Below are positions 10,313-23,139 of a stretch of 64,000 bases of DNA, piece after piece. This DNA comes from the human T2T-CHM13v2.0 reference genome, Homo sapiens: NCBI RefSeq assembly GCF_009914755.1, contig NC_060927.1, one strand, 5' to 3'. Each line of letters starts with the position of its first letter. The stretch's first letter is position 1. Below the pieces are notes generated by a model. That model saw nothing but the letters and a program-made list of their open reading frames with translations. It had not been told where the DNA came from and ran no database searches. Position numbers and translations under genes: made by a program.

Positions 10313-12385
10313 AAAAAGTTGCTGGCTATAGGAAATGTTATTTTGTTTTCAAAATATGGCAGAGATGGGGGGTGGTGGGTGGGGTGGGATCCCTAACGTA
10401 ATATTCTTTATGAAAGCATTAGCTGCTTTTGTTACATTTTTAATATGCAACCACTTCTTCACCTGAGGAAAACTAGAATGAAATGCAGTCTAAAATATTT
10501 TGCACTGAATTGTAATTTCTTCATTAGTTTAGTCTGGAAACTGGTCTGTTTTAATGTGTTTTTTAAATGCTGTATGTAGAGGAAAATCTGCAGACCACTG
10601 GAATACATTTGTTAAACTCTCATCTGCAGGGACACTGGGCGATACTTGGCAGTGACTGTTCTACCTTGAGGCTTTGTTTGGTTTATTTATTAAAGTGTAC
10701 AGTATTTAAAAATCAAACATAGCTTTAGTTAAAACACTAAGCTGAATTAGTCATGTCCATTCAGACATAACCTGAACTACTGAAAAGATCAATTTCCAGA
10801 AGGTTTATTCTGTATAAACTACATGTTAGTCTTCAGTAGAGTATCTTTTTTTTTTCCTTTTTTTTTTTTTTATTTCGGTTGTTTGATGTGCAATATGTTT
10901 TTGTATGCAGGTAGTAAATAAACTTTGATCTTCCATTTGCTGAATTTTTTTAACTTTCTACTTTTTACACCAATTGTTGCAAAATAGTTGGAGCTATTAA
11001 TAGGCTTAGGATAGTATACTTTGCTTTTTAAAAAGCATTTATACTTGCTCATAAATAGCATTAAAATGTCAGTTGGCCATTTAATCATTTTGTAATGAAT
11101 CATCTGAAATCTTTACACAAGTTTAGGCTGTTAGATGCATAGGTAATTAATAATACATGTGATAATTAGCAAAAAAACCTAACAAAATTCTAATCAAAGG
11201 CAACTTTGGAAGACAATGGGGGATAGAAGGGATGACAAGCAATTTTTAAATAATAGGCCAATGATTTGCTTTATTCATTCTCAACTTATTTTGAAGGCTC
11301 TCATATCAGTGACCAAAAATCAGTTATTAAACTTTATGTATATATTTTAGCCAGAGCTTAATTTTTATGAAGATAAAGACATGAAGTTTAACAATGGACA
11401 ACAGTTAGTACAGCTAATTGTGAGGTCAAGTAATTGTTAGACATAGGGGAAGGCTTTGTTCCACAATATTATATGGACCACTGAACAAGAATGACAGCCC
11501 TTTGTTATCACTTGGCATATGAAAAGTGTTGTGTGCATAGTTTGTGTTAATTTTTTATGTGCATAAAAATGTGATTTTAATTTATATGCTCTGAAGGATA
11601 ATTCAGGGTATAGTTAAAAATGTACAATGTGCCAGTTCAGTATATATAACCCTAGCCCTCAAATTATTCTGATTAAGGTTAAAATGTGCTGGTATTACGT
11701 GCTTTTTCCTGAGGCCTTCTGATTGGTTCTTGGTAACAGAATTTTAAAGTAAGGTGTGAGTAGTGCAACTCCTGTCCTTTATATATAAAGATATCAAGTA
11801 ATTTCATGTCCTGATATTTAAAAAAATTACCCACAAATGTGTTTTTTTAAATCGATCAAAGCTAGCAACAGGTTAAATTGTCTCAGTTCTCTTACATAAT
11901 TGGGTTAAAAATTATAAGGTATTAGAAGAATTTTAATTAATGCCAAATTGGTAAATATGGTGTAAAAAAAAAAAAAAAGACTTTTCATTTTCTCCCACAT
12001 AGAATAGTCAGATATATTAAACATCCCTTTTCCATAAAGATGGTTTCAATGGGAATGGAAGAAACAAAATCTTAAAAGAGTGAGTATAGCTGAACCAATT
12101 CTTCATTCTAGCAATAACCACACTAAGTTCATTACTTTACAAATGACTAAACCCAATGTCTTGTCCTTTAAAAAATATAGGTAGTGCAGAATTGTGATAA
12201 ATACGCATTTGTTTTTTTAGAGAGCCCCACTCCCCAAAGGGTAGCCATTAATTCAGGTAGCCTTTTAAATGTATTTGAGAGGGTTCCGTCTTTTTGGCTG
12301 CTATCCTAGTTAGGTGAGATGTTGCTATGGGAAGAACTTGCCACTATACACTAAACAGACACTTAAGCAAAAGATGTATTCTGGA

Positions 12386-12499
12386 GCCTGGCACAGTAGC
12401 TTATGTCTTTGGTTCTAGCTACTCAGGAGCCTGAGGTGGGAGCATCATTTGAACTCAGTTCTGGGCCACTGAGACCCTCTTTAAAGAGAAGGAAAAAAA
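12386..12499 (+). mobile_element. Degenerate Alu monomer (FLAM/FAM-like) in the FXR1 3'UTR
   Basis: gcctggcacagtagct...ctagctactcaggagcctgaggtggg; TSD core gtattctgga. Confidence 0.75.
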
Positions 12500-15400
12500 G
12501 GTATTCTGGAAGATCTTGTGCAGTTGCAACAATGTTTCAGCATATATATGTGAATTCATATATGACACCTGAACGGAATCATGAAGTAACAGCTGAGATT
12601 ATATGGTGGCAAAAATGACCTGCTTTTCCTGAAGCTTTGGGAGGCCTAGGATTCTTGCTTTAGGCATCACCTTTGTTAAGCCTTAAAGGGGGCTACAACT
12701 TGTGCAAAATGGTGTCTCTGGTAACACTTCAGAAATAATTGGCAAAAGTGTAATAGGAATACACAAATCTTTATTTTGAAATAATCTTGTATTTTAATGT
12801 GGAATTAGAAGCAGCACATCAAACTGGTGAGTTCACAGAAACTTACCTGAGATGATGCTGGGTTCCATTGCTGTTGTGCTAAGTCACGTATTTTTGTAGC
12901 TGCTGTTAGCTGTGTCTAGCGTTTTGTAACCTAAGGAGGGTCTTATAGAAGTTGGTATGTTAACTAAATCTTGGACTGGGAAACAGCACCATTTGTATCC
13001 TCTGCAAACAGATTTACGCTTTTGAGGCTCAAACCAACTAGTGTTCTCATGGGCTGTTGCCTAAGGACAGATAAACATGGAAAACAGGCTATGTCCAGGG
13101 ACAGATGATTGGTGGTTAAGAATTACAGTAAAGGAAAATTACACCTGGATTTTCTTCTGTAAAGTTTCAAGGAACTTGGATTTGAACTGTGAATCTACTG
13201 TTTTGGCAAAAAATCTCAAAGAAAAGGATGTTTGTTACTGTCTCAGTCTTCCTGTCTTTGCTACACGATTTGGATCCCTTACGCTTTTTCGTTAAGAATA
13301 TCTGTCTGCTATAGTGAATTTGCTAGCCCCTTATTTTTTTTTTTAATTTTAGTTCTTTATTAGAACGTGTACTTGAATGGACTGTAGTTGCTCATAACCC
13401 ATGTTAATCTCTGATAGTATTTGGGTTTTATTTCAGGAGCTTTTGCAATAAAGCAGTAACTGCAATCTGCTAAAGTCAGACTGTTAGCAAGTGGTGTTAA
13501 AACTGATTTAAGTCCATTACACTGAACAGTAGGAAATTACCACTTTTGTAAGGCTCAAAAATGATCAACTATTAACAGTTTCTTATGGTTCAGTCTAATT
13601 ACAAATTTTTAAAAAGTTTATCAGTGTATCATTTCAGATTCATCTGTATCTTCTGTAATATTATTTCCAGTACTGAGGTAAGGTACACAAAAATTCCCCT
13701 GGAAAAACTATATTCTAGTTTTGTAAGATGATTTCCCACAGTCCATTTGCTTATTTCTTCCTTTGATAATTCAAAAAGATGCTTTAGGTAATGGTACAGA
13801 ATTAGAAGCTGCTATTTTAGCTCTATTAACTTTTTCTCTATGGTTTCAATTTTATCCAACCAGAGAGGGCTGGCCTAGTTGGTATCTTTAAGGCCCTTCC
13901 AGTAGTAATTTGAGTCTAGTCACATGTCAGACCCTGAGCAACACCTAACCAAATGCCCAAGTATTCTCATAAGGAGTATGCTGAATTTAAGTGGTGTTTG
14001 TTTTACATATGTATCCATCCCAGACATTTTCAACTATGCTGAATGCAATCTATAAGATATTCCAAACAAGGACAAAGTAATTTTTCACAAGTCTTACAGC
14101 CCCACTATTAAGTATGCTACTTATTAGCTTCTTGAATTTCTTTGTATTTCAGTGATTGGGATGTTCTTTTTTTTTGGGAAAGTTTTTTTACCCCTTTGTA
14201 CCCTCTTAATTGGATTAACTGTAAAATGTACATATTAATTTTCTAGTTTTAGAGACCATTTTCATTAAAAATATTTTCCAATAGTTTTTCTAGATAAACA
14301 ATTTATACTTAATTGTTGCTTGGTTGCTTACATTTCAACCTCTAGGCTTCCTTTTTCAGCTAACTTGGCTGTCTTCAGGTTGTAAAGAAAAATGTAAACA
14401 TATATTTGAAATTTCATTAACTGAAACTGCTGTAAGGTGTTAGCAAATGTTAACCATAACAGATTATCCCATATCATTGGACTGTTCTATTATTGGGTCA
14501 GGAATAATAGGTGACACAGGATAGAAGCTCTTCCTATATATATCTTGTTGCTAAGGCAGTAGTTGGCTCTAAGCTGATAAACAGCACACTGTACAGCAGT
14601 CCAAAAACTAAAACCAGAGCTTAGGTCATTCAAGTTAACTGGTACTCAAGGTTACTCATTCCAGGATACTTTACATAACCAAAAACCTAGGAGAGCATTC
14701 TACATTGTAATTTTTTTTTTACTTTGTTTACATAAAATTTACAGGGTTTTGTTTTTTTAAGCTTAGTCTGTTCTTTGACATTGTTGATTCATGTTCTAAA
14801 TTTTCATCAGATTTAACATGTTTGGAGGTTCTTGTGCACTCAATGTGAACCTACTACAAGCTTCTGAACTGCAAAACCTTTTTTTTAGGTCACTGTCAAC
14901 AGAAAGATGCCTTATAGAATTTCTCATGATTGAAACAGAACTCTGCATTCTAACCTAAAACCCCTCTAACCCTTTAAATGAAGCATTATGCCTGCGTGAA
15001 ATTTTATTTTTAGACATTTCTGATACTAGGTTTTCTTTACGGGGGGGCATACATATTCAGTATACTGAATTTATACAGCTTTCAGTGTGGCAATATATTA
15101 AGAAGCTAGTTCCCTAATTTTTCTCAGTTCTCATTGGTTTTCCATTTAAATGTTTCCGTAAGTACTCTCATCATTTGGAAAATACTTGATGGCAGGAGAA
15201 CTTGCTTAAAACTAAAGGTGGAGAAAGAGTTAACTTCCAGGACAACCCATTATAGCTCACTTCTTACCAACAAAGCAGTTTTTATACAGCACCTTAGGAC
15301 TCATTTCTAATGTCAACCCAGATGGCCAGTAAAGGCAAGGGAAGAGGCTAAGTGACTCACAAAAATCTCTGATATTGAGGTCTAATGTGAAGGCTATAGA

Positions 15401-15844
15401 TAGGAATTCCCCACAAACTTCTAATGAGGACTAATATGAACAGCAAATTGGAGAAGACACCAAGGACCTAATTTTAGTTTCACTAGCCGTGGGACCTTAG
15501 AAAAAAGACCATTTGCTCTGGACTTTTGTTTCCCAAGCCATAAAATGTGGAAGAATCTTCACAATTTCAAGTTGGTCATGTATATTTCCCTTTTACAGAG
15601 AAAGCTGAAGCCTCGAGGCTCAGATTTACCTGGCTTCTGTTTACCTGGCTTCTGCAGAAGTTTAACTTGTAACCTACCTCTCATTCCCAAAGTGTGTTTA
15701 ATCATGCCGCCTTCTTTAAAATATATCTGGAAGCACCAATGAGTAAAGACAAAGGCCCCAAGCTAGATCTGTAGAGATAAGTACTAGACTCACATCTCAG
15801 TACTATCAAGGAAAACATGCTTAGGTTATCAGAATTGTGAAGGC

Positions 15845-16040
15845 CATAGTACAAAAAGTTAAGAGAACGGAACTCAGGATCTGAGAAAGATCAGCCATTC
15901 TCAGCATGTTGCCTTGGCTGCTTAACCTTACTAAACTTCCATTTCCTCACATGTAAAATGTACATCATAATAACTAGTCTACTGAGATAAGGGAAGAATA
16001 CTTAGCACAGTGCTAGTACACTGTAAGTACTCAAATGTTA
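15845..16040 (+). mobile_element. MIR fragment
   Basis: tttcctcacatgtaaaatg...cttagcacagtgctagtacactgtaagtactcaaatgtta. Confidence 0.6.
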
Positions 16041-16512
16041 CAGATCCAAGTATTTTGTAAGAAAATACCAGCAAAAGATAAAAGTTTTTTTATGGATCGT
16101 ATTTGTATCAATCACCTACATGATCTAGAGCCCTCACATGGATAACATTTAAATGTTCAGTTTGCCTAATAGCCTTCAATGAAACACGGATTCTTCTACT
16201 TAAAAAAGGTAAGCCTGGAGAAAATAAAACTGATTACTATGCAAGAAAAAAATGTGCTCTGCTGTGCTCCTTGGTATTTTTAAGTGGTTTCCATTGTCTT
16301 AACACCTGTCTTAAAACGGGTATGTTGTTTGCACTGAACCCTCAAAAGTATTTATACCTATTAAGTTAAATTTCCCTTTTTAGAGTTAATGCTTCATTGC
16401 CTGTCGGCATATTATCACTATCTGTCTTTGAAAAATTTTCTTTTAAGTCTCAACTATTTCTTCATAAAGCTCTTGTTCAGAGAAACATTTTTTGATTTGT
16501 CCAATGGACTGA

Positions 16513-16518
16513 AATAAA
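16513..16518 (+). terminator. Distal FXR1 poly(A) signal AATAAA
   Basis: Canonical hexamer at the end of the unique UTR-like sequence. Confidence 0.55.
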
Positions 16519-16537
16519 AGGTTAGTAAACCAAAATA

Positions 16538-17096
16538 CAGTTGATCCTCATTATTAGTAGAATTCCTTATCTGTGAATTTGCCTACTCACTAAAATTTGT
16601 AACTCCAAAATCAACATCCTTTTCTGGTCATTTGTGAGTATTTGCAGAGTGACAAAAAATTTAAACCACTTTATGTGCACAAGGCAATGCTCTACCTTGT
16701 TTAAGCTCTCACACCATAAACAGATATCCTTTTTGTGGTCTATTTAGTGCCAAGTTTCATGTTTGTGCTTTTTGTTGGTGATTTTGCTGTTTTAAGATGG
16801 TTCCTAAGAGTAGTAGTGAAGCATGCTACCTAGTGTTCCCAAATGCAAAGAAGGCCGTGATGTCCCAAGCATGAGTTAGTTATAGTGCTGTTGGCTGTTA
16901 ATTGAAAGTTAATGAAATACTAAAGAATGTTTTCAAGCAGAAACAGGTCGATCAAGGTTATATACTGACTGGCAGACAATATTGTGACCAAAGGGTCACA
17001 GAATCTGTATTTCTCTTAGGAACTTGTTCCTTATTTGCTAATTCAGTGTTCATAGCCACCTTAAAGAACAGAATTACCACAAACAAGAACCAGCTG
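16538..17096. mobile_element. TcMar-Tigger MITE (MER82-like)
   Basis: TA|cagttgatcctcattatt...aacaagaaccagctg|TA terminal inverted repeats. Confidence 0.75.
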
Positions 17097-17513
17097 TACT
17101 TTCATGTCTCCTTGTCCCTGGAAATAATTTATCCTGCATAAAAGCCTTAGAAGCTAGTGTTTCATCATACACTAAATCATAACAGACTCCATCAGATTTT
17201 AAACGAGGGTATTGGATAGAAAACACAAAGAGCAGATATACCTTTACTTTATAAGGCAGATAAATATTACCTCCACTATTTTTTTAACCTCAAAAGTCCT
17301 TGTATCCTCCAATAATTAAGAAACTTATGATGACTTAAGGAAGTTTAGACGGTAGGTAGTATAATTTATCATCTTAGAGCTACACATAAGAAATACTCCT
17401 GTTGAGAAATACATACTAGTTTATACCAGATGTTTTATACAGGTCCTCTTAAGATCCTTATATATTTTATGTTAGACAAACAGTAAGTAATTTGCCTTTA
17501 AACATCATTTAAA

Positions 17514-17519
17514 TTTATT
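17514..17519 (-). terminator. Distal DNAJC19 poly(A) signal
   Basis: tttatt on + = AATAAA on -, ~0.9 kb after the stop codon. Confidence 0.55.
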
Positions 17520-17712
17520 AGTGTATAAATTCTAAAGAGTCCAAATTAAATATGTTGATATTGAGAACATTTCAGTTTTCAGTTTTGCTAACAGGGTTTA
17601 AGCTTAATCATAACAATTGCAGAAGTTTGATTATGTCAAGAAATAGCCAACTGAAGGAATAATTTATAAATGGTCATTACCTTTAAGGGGCTAGCTGAAT
17701 ACAATGTAAATA

Positions 17713-17805
17713 CTCATGCCTGTAATCCCAGTACTTTGGGAGGCTGAGGCGGGAGGACTGCTTAAACCCAGGAGGTTGAGGCTGCAATGAACTGTGATTG
17801 TACCA
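17713..17805 (+). mobile_element. Alu monomer fragment in the DNAJC19 3'UTR
   Basis: ctcatgcctgtaatcccagtactttgggaggctgagg... Confidence 0.8.
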
Positions 17806-18353
17806 GACCTGTACTCTGAAATCTTTATCATACTATTTTTAATGCATGAAATAAAAATGGTTTATATGTACATAGAATACACACACACACACACCCCTAG
17901 GTCAATTTCTTAGGTCTCAGTTGTGGTTAAATTCACTTTTAAATACAAGGTTCCAAGTATCCAAGTTGCCAGGCCAGTTGCCTGTACCTGGAACAGCCTT
18001 TCCACCGAATAAGAAGAGTCCCTACTTAAACAGCTTAAGCTAATTTCCATCATACTATTTATCACAGTCTAATTACCAGTTTATCAGTCTCCCATTAAAG
18101 TGGGGGCTCCCTGAGAGCAAGGACTGTCATCTTCACTTTGCCTTGAAAAGTAGACATAGGTCCCAAATTATCTGCTAAATGAGTAATGAACAATATTTCT
18201 ATTCAGAAGGTGTGTGCTTGCCCATAATTAATACGCAAATATTCTAAACTATAATCTGATTTAAAATCCCCAAATTTAAACAAGAAAATTATACCAAGGC
18301 TTTGAGATTTAGCTTGTGCTAAATCATTTTTTAAAATTGTAGCTCTGAGGCAT

Positions 18354-18359
18354 TTTATT
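18354..18359 (-). terminator. Proximal DNAJC19 poly(A) signal
   Basis: AATAAA on - ~60 nt after TGA. Confidence 0.65.
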
Positions 18360-18421
18360 ATAAAAACTTAGTACTCATATACATAAACTAATACGAACTT
18401 AAAATTCATCATACATTTACT

Positions 18422-18492
18422 TCATTTTTTAGCTTGACCTTCTAGTAAATCTTTAGCTTCATTGATTTTGGCTGCTATATAAGGAGATCCTC
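18422..18492 (-). CDS. DNAJC19: DNAJC19 exon 6 coding part
   Basis: ttcctatag|GA; (G)[22 protein letters not shown]. Confidence 0.97.
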
Positions 18493-19707
18493 CTATAGGA
18501 AGAAAGAAAAAAGAACAGTTACAATATGGATTCTCAATTTCTGCTTGGTAAAAAGCTACTCTTGTTTCAAGGACTCCAATGCTTATCTGAGGGAGATTTA
18601 GCAGAAACAGTGTTTTAATTTTTAAAAAATAACCCTGACACTGCAACTGGATGACCAAATATATGGTAATATATGTGACCAATGAGAAATGAAGTAATTT
18701 ACGTGGGAGATATTTCTACAAAAATAACACCTTTTTAGAAAGCTTAAACTGATAGAAATAGGATTTCTATCATATATATTAGATATATATGTATATGCCT
18801 TTGAACTGGTGTTAGCCTATTCATGATTACAGGTCATAAATGAACATCAATTATACCATGTTATTTTAATACCATGATATTCTCAGAGGCTTCTGAGCTG
18901 TTTACTGGAAAGATCCCAGTTTGCTTTACATCCTTTTTCTGTCCAGTTTTTCTTTTCCTGTTATCTACTGTCCCTTCACAATGTCATCTACAGCTGCTTT
19001 CCTACGAATCTGCTGGAGGAGTGATTCTCAAAGTATGGTCCTAAGACCAGCAAGAAATAACAGGAAATTTAGTATAAATGCATATTTATGGGGCTCCACT
19101 GCCGACCTACTGAGTCAGAAGCCCTCCATATAAAACAAGCTAAATTTCATAAAAGATACTGTGAAGTAGATATCAAACAATTATAACCCTGTTTAAAATG
19201 TCAAAACCCTTTTTATTAATGAAAGCCCTCTCCTGTATAAGTAAAAGGATACAAACACTAGAACATGAATTCTGTGGTCTATTTTTTGGTATTCAAAGAA
19301 ATTCTTGCTTTCCTTCAACACAGCCAAGGCTGCATAGAAGTCTATCACAAACGAATAAATAAATCCCATAAGTTTCTATCTAGGTAATCTCCGTTTCAAG
19401 GTATCTAAAATGGATAAGGAAAAATTACATTTTAGTTTTACGAAATTTAACGTTTTAATTATAATAAATGTAGGCCAGAAAAACCCACAAAACATAGTAA
19501 TAGTAGCACTTACATCTGCTCATTCTGTAAGTAAAGTTTTCACTTAATTTCTTTTAAGACACCAAAAATATATGGCTCCAGCCTAGGAGACAGGACTTAC
19601 AGATTTAAGTGTTACCTTTCTAATAGCCAGGAATTTGAGATAAAATTATCCCATTAATAACTATTGGTCACACCAACAACATCAACGAGAATTTAATGAC
19701 TACTTAC

Positions 19708-19778
19708 CTTTGTCAGGATGATTTAAAAGCATAATTCGTCGATGAGCATCTCTTATTTTCCCTTTATTGGCAGTAGGG
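19708..19778 (-). CDS. DNAJC19: DNAJC19 exon 5 (J-domain HPD motif)
   Basis: aattag|C...AAAG|gtaagt; (S)[23 protein letters not shown]. Confidence 0.97.
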
Positions 19779-20063
19779 CTAATTAAAAAAAGAAATGGTA
19801 TTTACTTCATCCTACTTCTGCATCACATCAAAAAACTGTACATAAAGGCCAATTAAAGACACTGTGAAACTGTAGTAAATTAACACAACAGTATGAAAAG
19901 CTGTTTAGAAACCTCAACACACCCAATGCGTATCCTAAATTGGGAAACTACTTAGAAAAGTAAGGCACTCTCAAAAATGTGTTGAACTTGCAGTACCCAT
20001 TACAACAGTCCTTTTATTGATAAGAAACGCATGTTTAAGGATTTGAAAATGAAGAAGGAAGAG

Positions 20064-20412
<349 letters not shown>

Positions 20413-20724
20413 TGAACACTGTGATAATCTGCTGAGGAGTCTATCTTTAAATAAATGAAAAAGTGCCTGTGTTTTAGTAAACACTCTAGGAAAAAAGAAA
20501 AAGTGCTTAAGTGCTAGTGTGCCTTCTCATTTGAAGGATTGTTTACATCTTAAAAATAACATGAAGGAACAGTACAGTTTCATTGATTAGAATTGGTAAT
20601 ATCAATCTTCCTAGGACAAAATCCCCCATGACCCTCTCCTATTAAAGGAGAGAAGGTCTTTCTTATATTTCCTCATGGCTCTACAGTGGTAGAAAAATGC
20701 TAAAAATATTAGAGATTATTTTAC

Positions 20725-20804
20725 CTTACACCTAGTATTAATGCTGCTTCCCGTTTTGTCATTTTGGGTTCAAACCCACCTCTATAATAGCCACCACTGA
20801 AGGC
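20725..20804 (-). CDS. DNAJC19: DNAJC19 exon 4
   Basis: tttcag|GCC...GTAAG|gtaaaa; [26 protein letters not shown]; the acceptor G at 20805 (IVS3-1, site of the known DCMA-syndrome splice variant) is intact. Confidence 0.97.
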
Positions 20805-21804
20805 CTGAAAGAAGAAATGCATTTGTAAAGAAAGGTTAATAAAATAAAGTTGCTTTAAAAAAGACGTCTGGAAATATTCACAGAACTAAGAAAAACTAAG
20901 ACATTTCAGAGGACTTTTAGTGCAATTCCCGAGGTATTTTAGCTAAAGCTGAATAAAGTTTATAAATAAGTAGCAACAAGTAGTATTTTAATGATCATTA
21001 AACAGATTCATTTTTTTCCAGTCAATATGAACTATCTTAGAAATATAAGACAAAATAACAGTGTCTGAAAGCCAGGTCTTCCGGGAGTAAAGGAAAGATC
21101 ATTCCAAATTAGCCATATTCTAGATAAAAATCTGCAAGAAGTGGCTCAAGAACAGAAGTCTTTTGAGACAAGAGGTTCAAGTGTATTTGAAACAAGACTT
21201 TAAGATATATATACAGAAAATACCACTATTAGGTCCTCTGACCTTGCCATGTCAGAAATCATATTGGTAAAGCCTACAATCACTCTATTCTGTTACACTT
21301 AATCACAACATATTCAACAGGTGATCACAGCCAAATCTATTCTTAACTGTGACCACAGAGAGTATGACCATAACATCAAGCCAAACCCTATAGCCTAATT
21401 AACTAGAGTGCTACCTATGTATGATGTTTGGGAGTGCCAGGGCCACATGGTCAGATCGGATCACTTTAGAATCATATACCTCTGTGTGTGCGATGCAGAG
21501 CAGATGAAGGAAAACAAGAATATGTACAGATGATGCTGAAGGTGATGGTATGTGAAAAAGTGAAACTTGGGTCTAGTGGGGTACTAGAATTGTCAAAACC
21601 CCATCCAACTCTGTCACATATAACATCTGATGTTTCAGGGTAGCACCATCACAAAGTTCAGAACTTCTATACTCTCCTTGCAGGAAGCAGGAGAATGGGT
21701 CCAAAGCAATCACTTAGAACTTCATGGATATTTGGAAATTTACCCTTCCCTAAGTGTGGCTCTAGGTTTCAAATAGAAGCAGCAAAGAATTAACAAAGTC
21801 TTAC

Positions 21805-21878
21805 AGATTTTGGTAGGCTTTGAAAAACTTGTTTTACTTGAGGCTCCATATGCTTCATGGCTTGCAAAACGTAACGGC
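21805..21878 (-). CDS. DNAJC19: DNAJC19 exon 3
   Basis: ttttag|GC...TCT|gtaaga; (G)RYVLQAMKHMEPQVKQVFQSLPKS. Confidence 0.97.
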
Positions 21879-21959
21879 CTAAAACCAAAAGCAACAGAAT
21901 AAGTAAACTAAATCTCCAATCTCCCCGACTTCACTTCCATCCCCAAACCATAAACAAAC

Positions 21960-22011
21960 CTGCAAATCCTGCAGCAGCAATGGTCAGTCCAACTGCTACC
22001 ACTGTACTGGC
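21960..22011 (-). CDS. DNAJC19: DNAJC19 exon 2 (hydrophobic N-terminal segment)
   Basis: taccag|GCC...GCAG|gtttgt; ASTVVAVGLTIAAAGFA. Confidence 0.97.
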
Positions 22012-22124
22012 CTGGTAAGGGGGAGAAGAGTAAATATTTACTTCTCTAATTCCCACCCTTTCTCATTTTGCCCATTCTTCCATCCCCAACTCATTACAAA
22101 CTGCATTTTAATAGGAGAAACAAC

Positions 22125-22285
<161 letters not shown>

Positions 22286-22503
22286 TAAGGCGGAAATATT
22301 CTGTCCAGTAATCTTTAAAACTACTGCATCTGTTATGCTGAATGCATTAAAGTTACAGGATTCATCATATGGGAAAGAGGGCAAGTTCGACTTGCTTATT
22401 TATCTTTACAATAGTGAAAAAGATGATTCCCTCCCTTTGAAAACTTCTTTCATCACCAGACAAATTAAGTCACATTAAAGTTCAATCAAAAGTAGTGGAA
22501 ATA

Positions 22504-22806
22504 GGCCAGGCGCGGTGGCTCACGCCTGTAATTCCAGCATTTTGGGAGGCGAGGCGGGCGTATCACTAGGTCGGGAGATCGAGACCATCCTGGCTACCAT
22601 GGTGAAACCCCGTCTCTACTAAAAATACAAAAAAAAAAAAAATTAGCTGGGCGTGGTGGTGGGCGCCTGTAATCCCAGCTACTTGGGAGGCTGAGGCAGG
22701 AGAATGGCGAACCCGGGAGGCGGAGCTTGTAGTGAGCCAAGATTGTGCCACTGCACTCCAGCCTAGGCGACCGAGCAAGACTCTGTCTCAAAAAAAAAAA
22801 AAAAAA
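22504..22806 (+). mobile_element. AluY
   Basis: gagatcgagaccatcctggcta, gagaatggcg, ggagcttg diagnostics; TSD gtggaaata. Confidence 0.93.
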
Positions 22807-23139
22807 TGTGGAAATAAGGTTTCTGCTACAGAAGGAAAAACTGTTTACAGACGGCTCCTGTAAAATTCTAACAACGCATTTTCGAGGCTAAACGTGGGCT
22901 AAACTAGGAGACTAATACCTTTGGCACTGCCCTGTTGTTTCCTAACAAGACAGGCCCAAATATGTTCAGGAAGCATGGAGAAGACATCTGTCAGCAAAAG
23001 CCAAAGAGAAGGACATAGCAAAGTGGAGCTAGTGCTGTGAAGATGTGTTAGGGCAAGGGCACTTATAATCAAATACGTTTCCACTAATCTCCGAGTCCAT
23101 GACAGCCTCTGACCTTACAGGAGTTCCAGGCAAGCAACA

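Larger units (their letters stand above)
10075..16537 (+). other. FXR1: FXR1 3'UTR with alternative polyadenylation
   Basis: Repeat-poor AU-rich sequence; ATTAAA 10307, AATAAA 10917, 13447 and 16513; distal end inferred from the last signal before the MER82-like element. Confidence 0.7.

Noticed and set aside
11964-11978. A15 run in the FXR1 3'UTR as a possible transcript end
   Set aside because: Genomic A-tract with no canonical signal directly upstream; a likely oligo-dT internal priming artefact
15625-15654. Perfect 2x15-bp duplication TTTACCTGGCTTCTG; similar short duplications near 30622, 39665, 46512 and 47868
   Set aside because: Ordinary slippage duplications with no spacer or array structure
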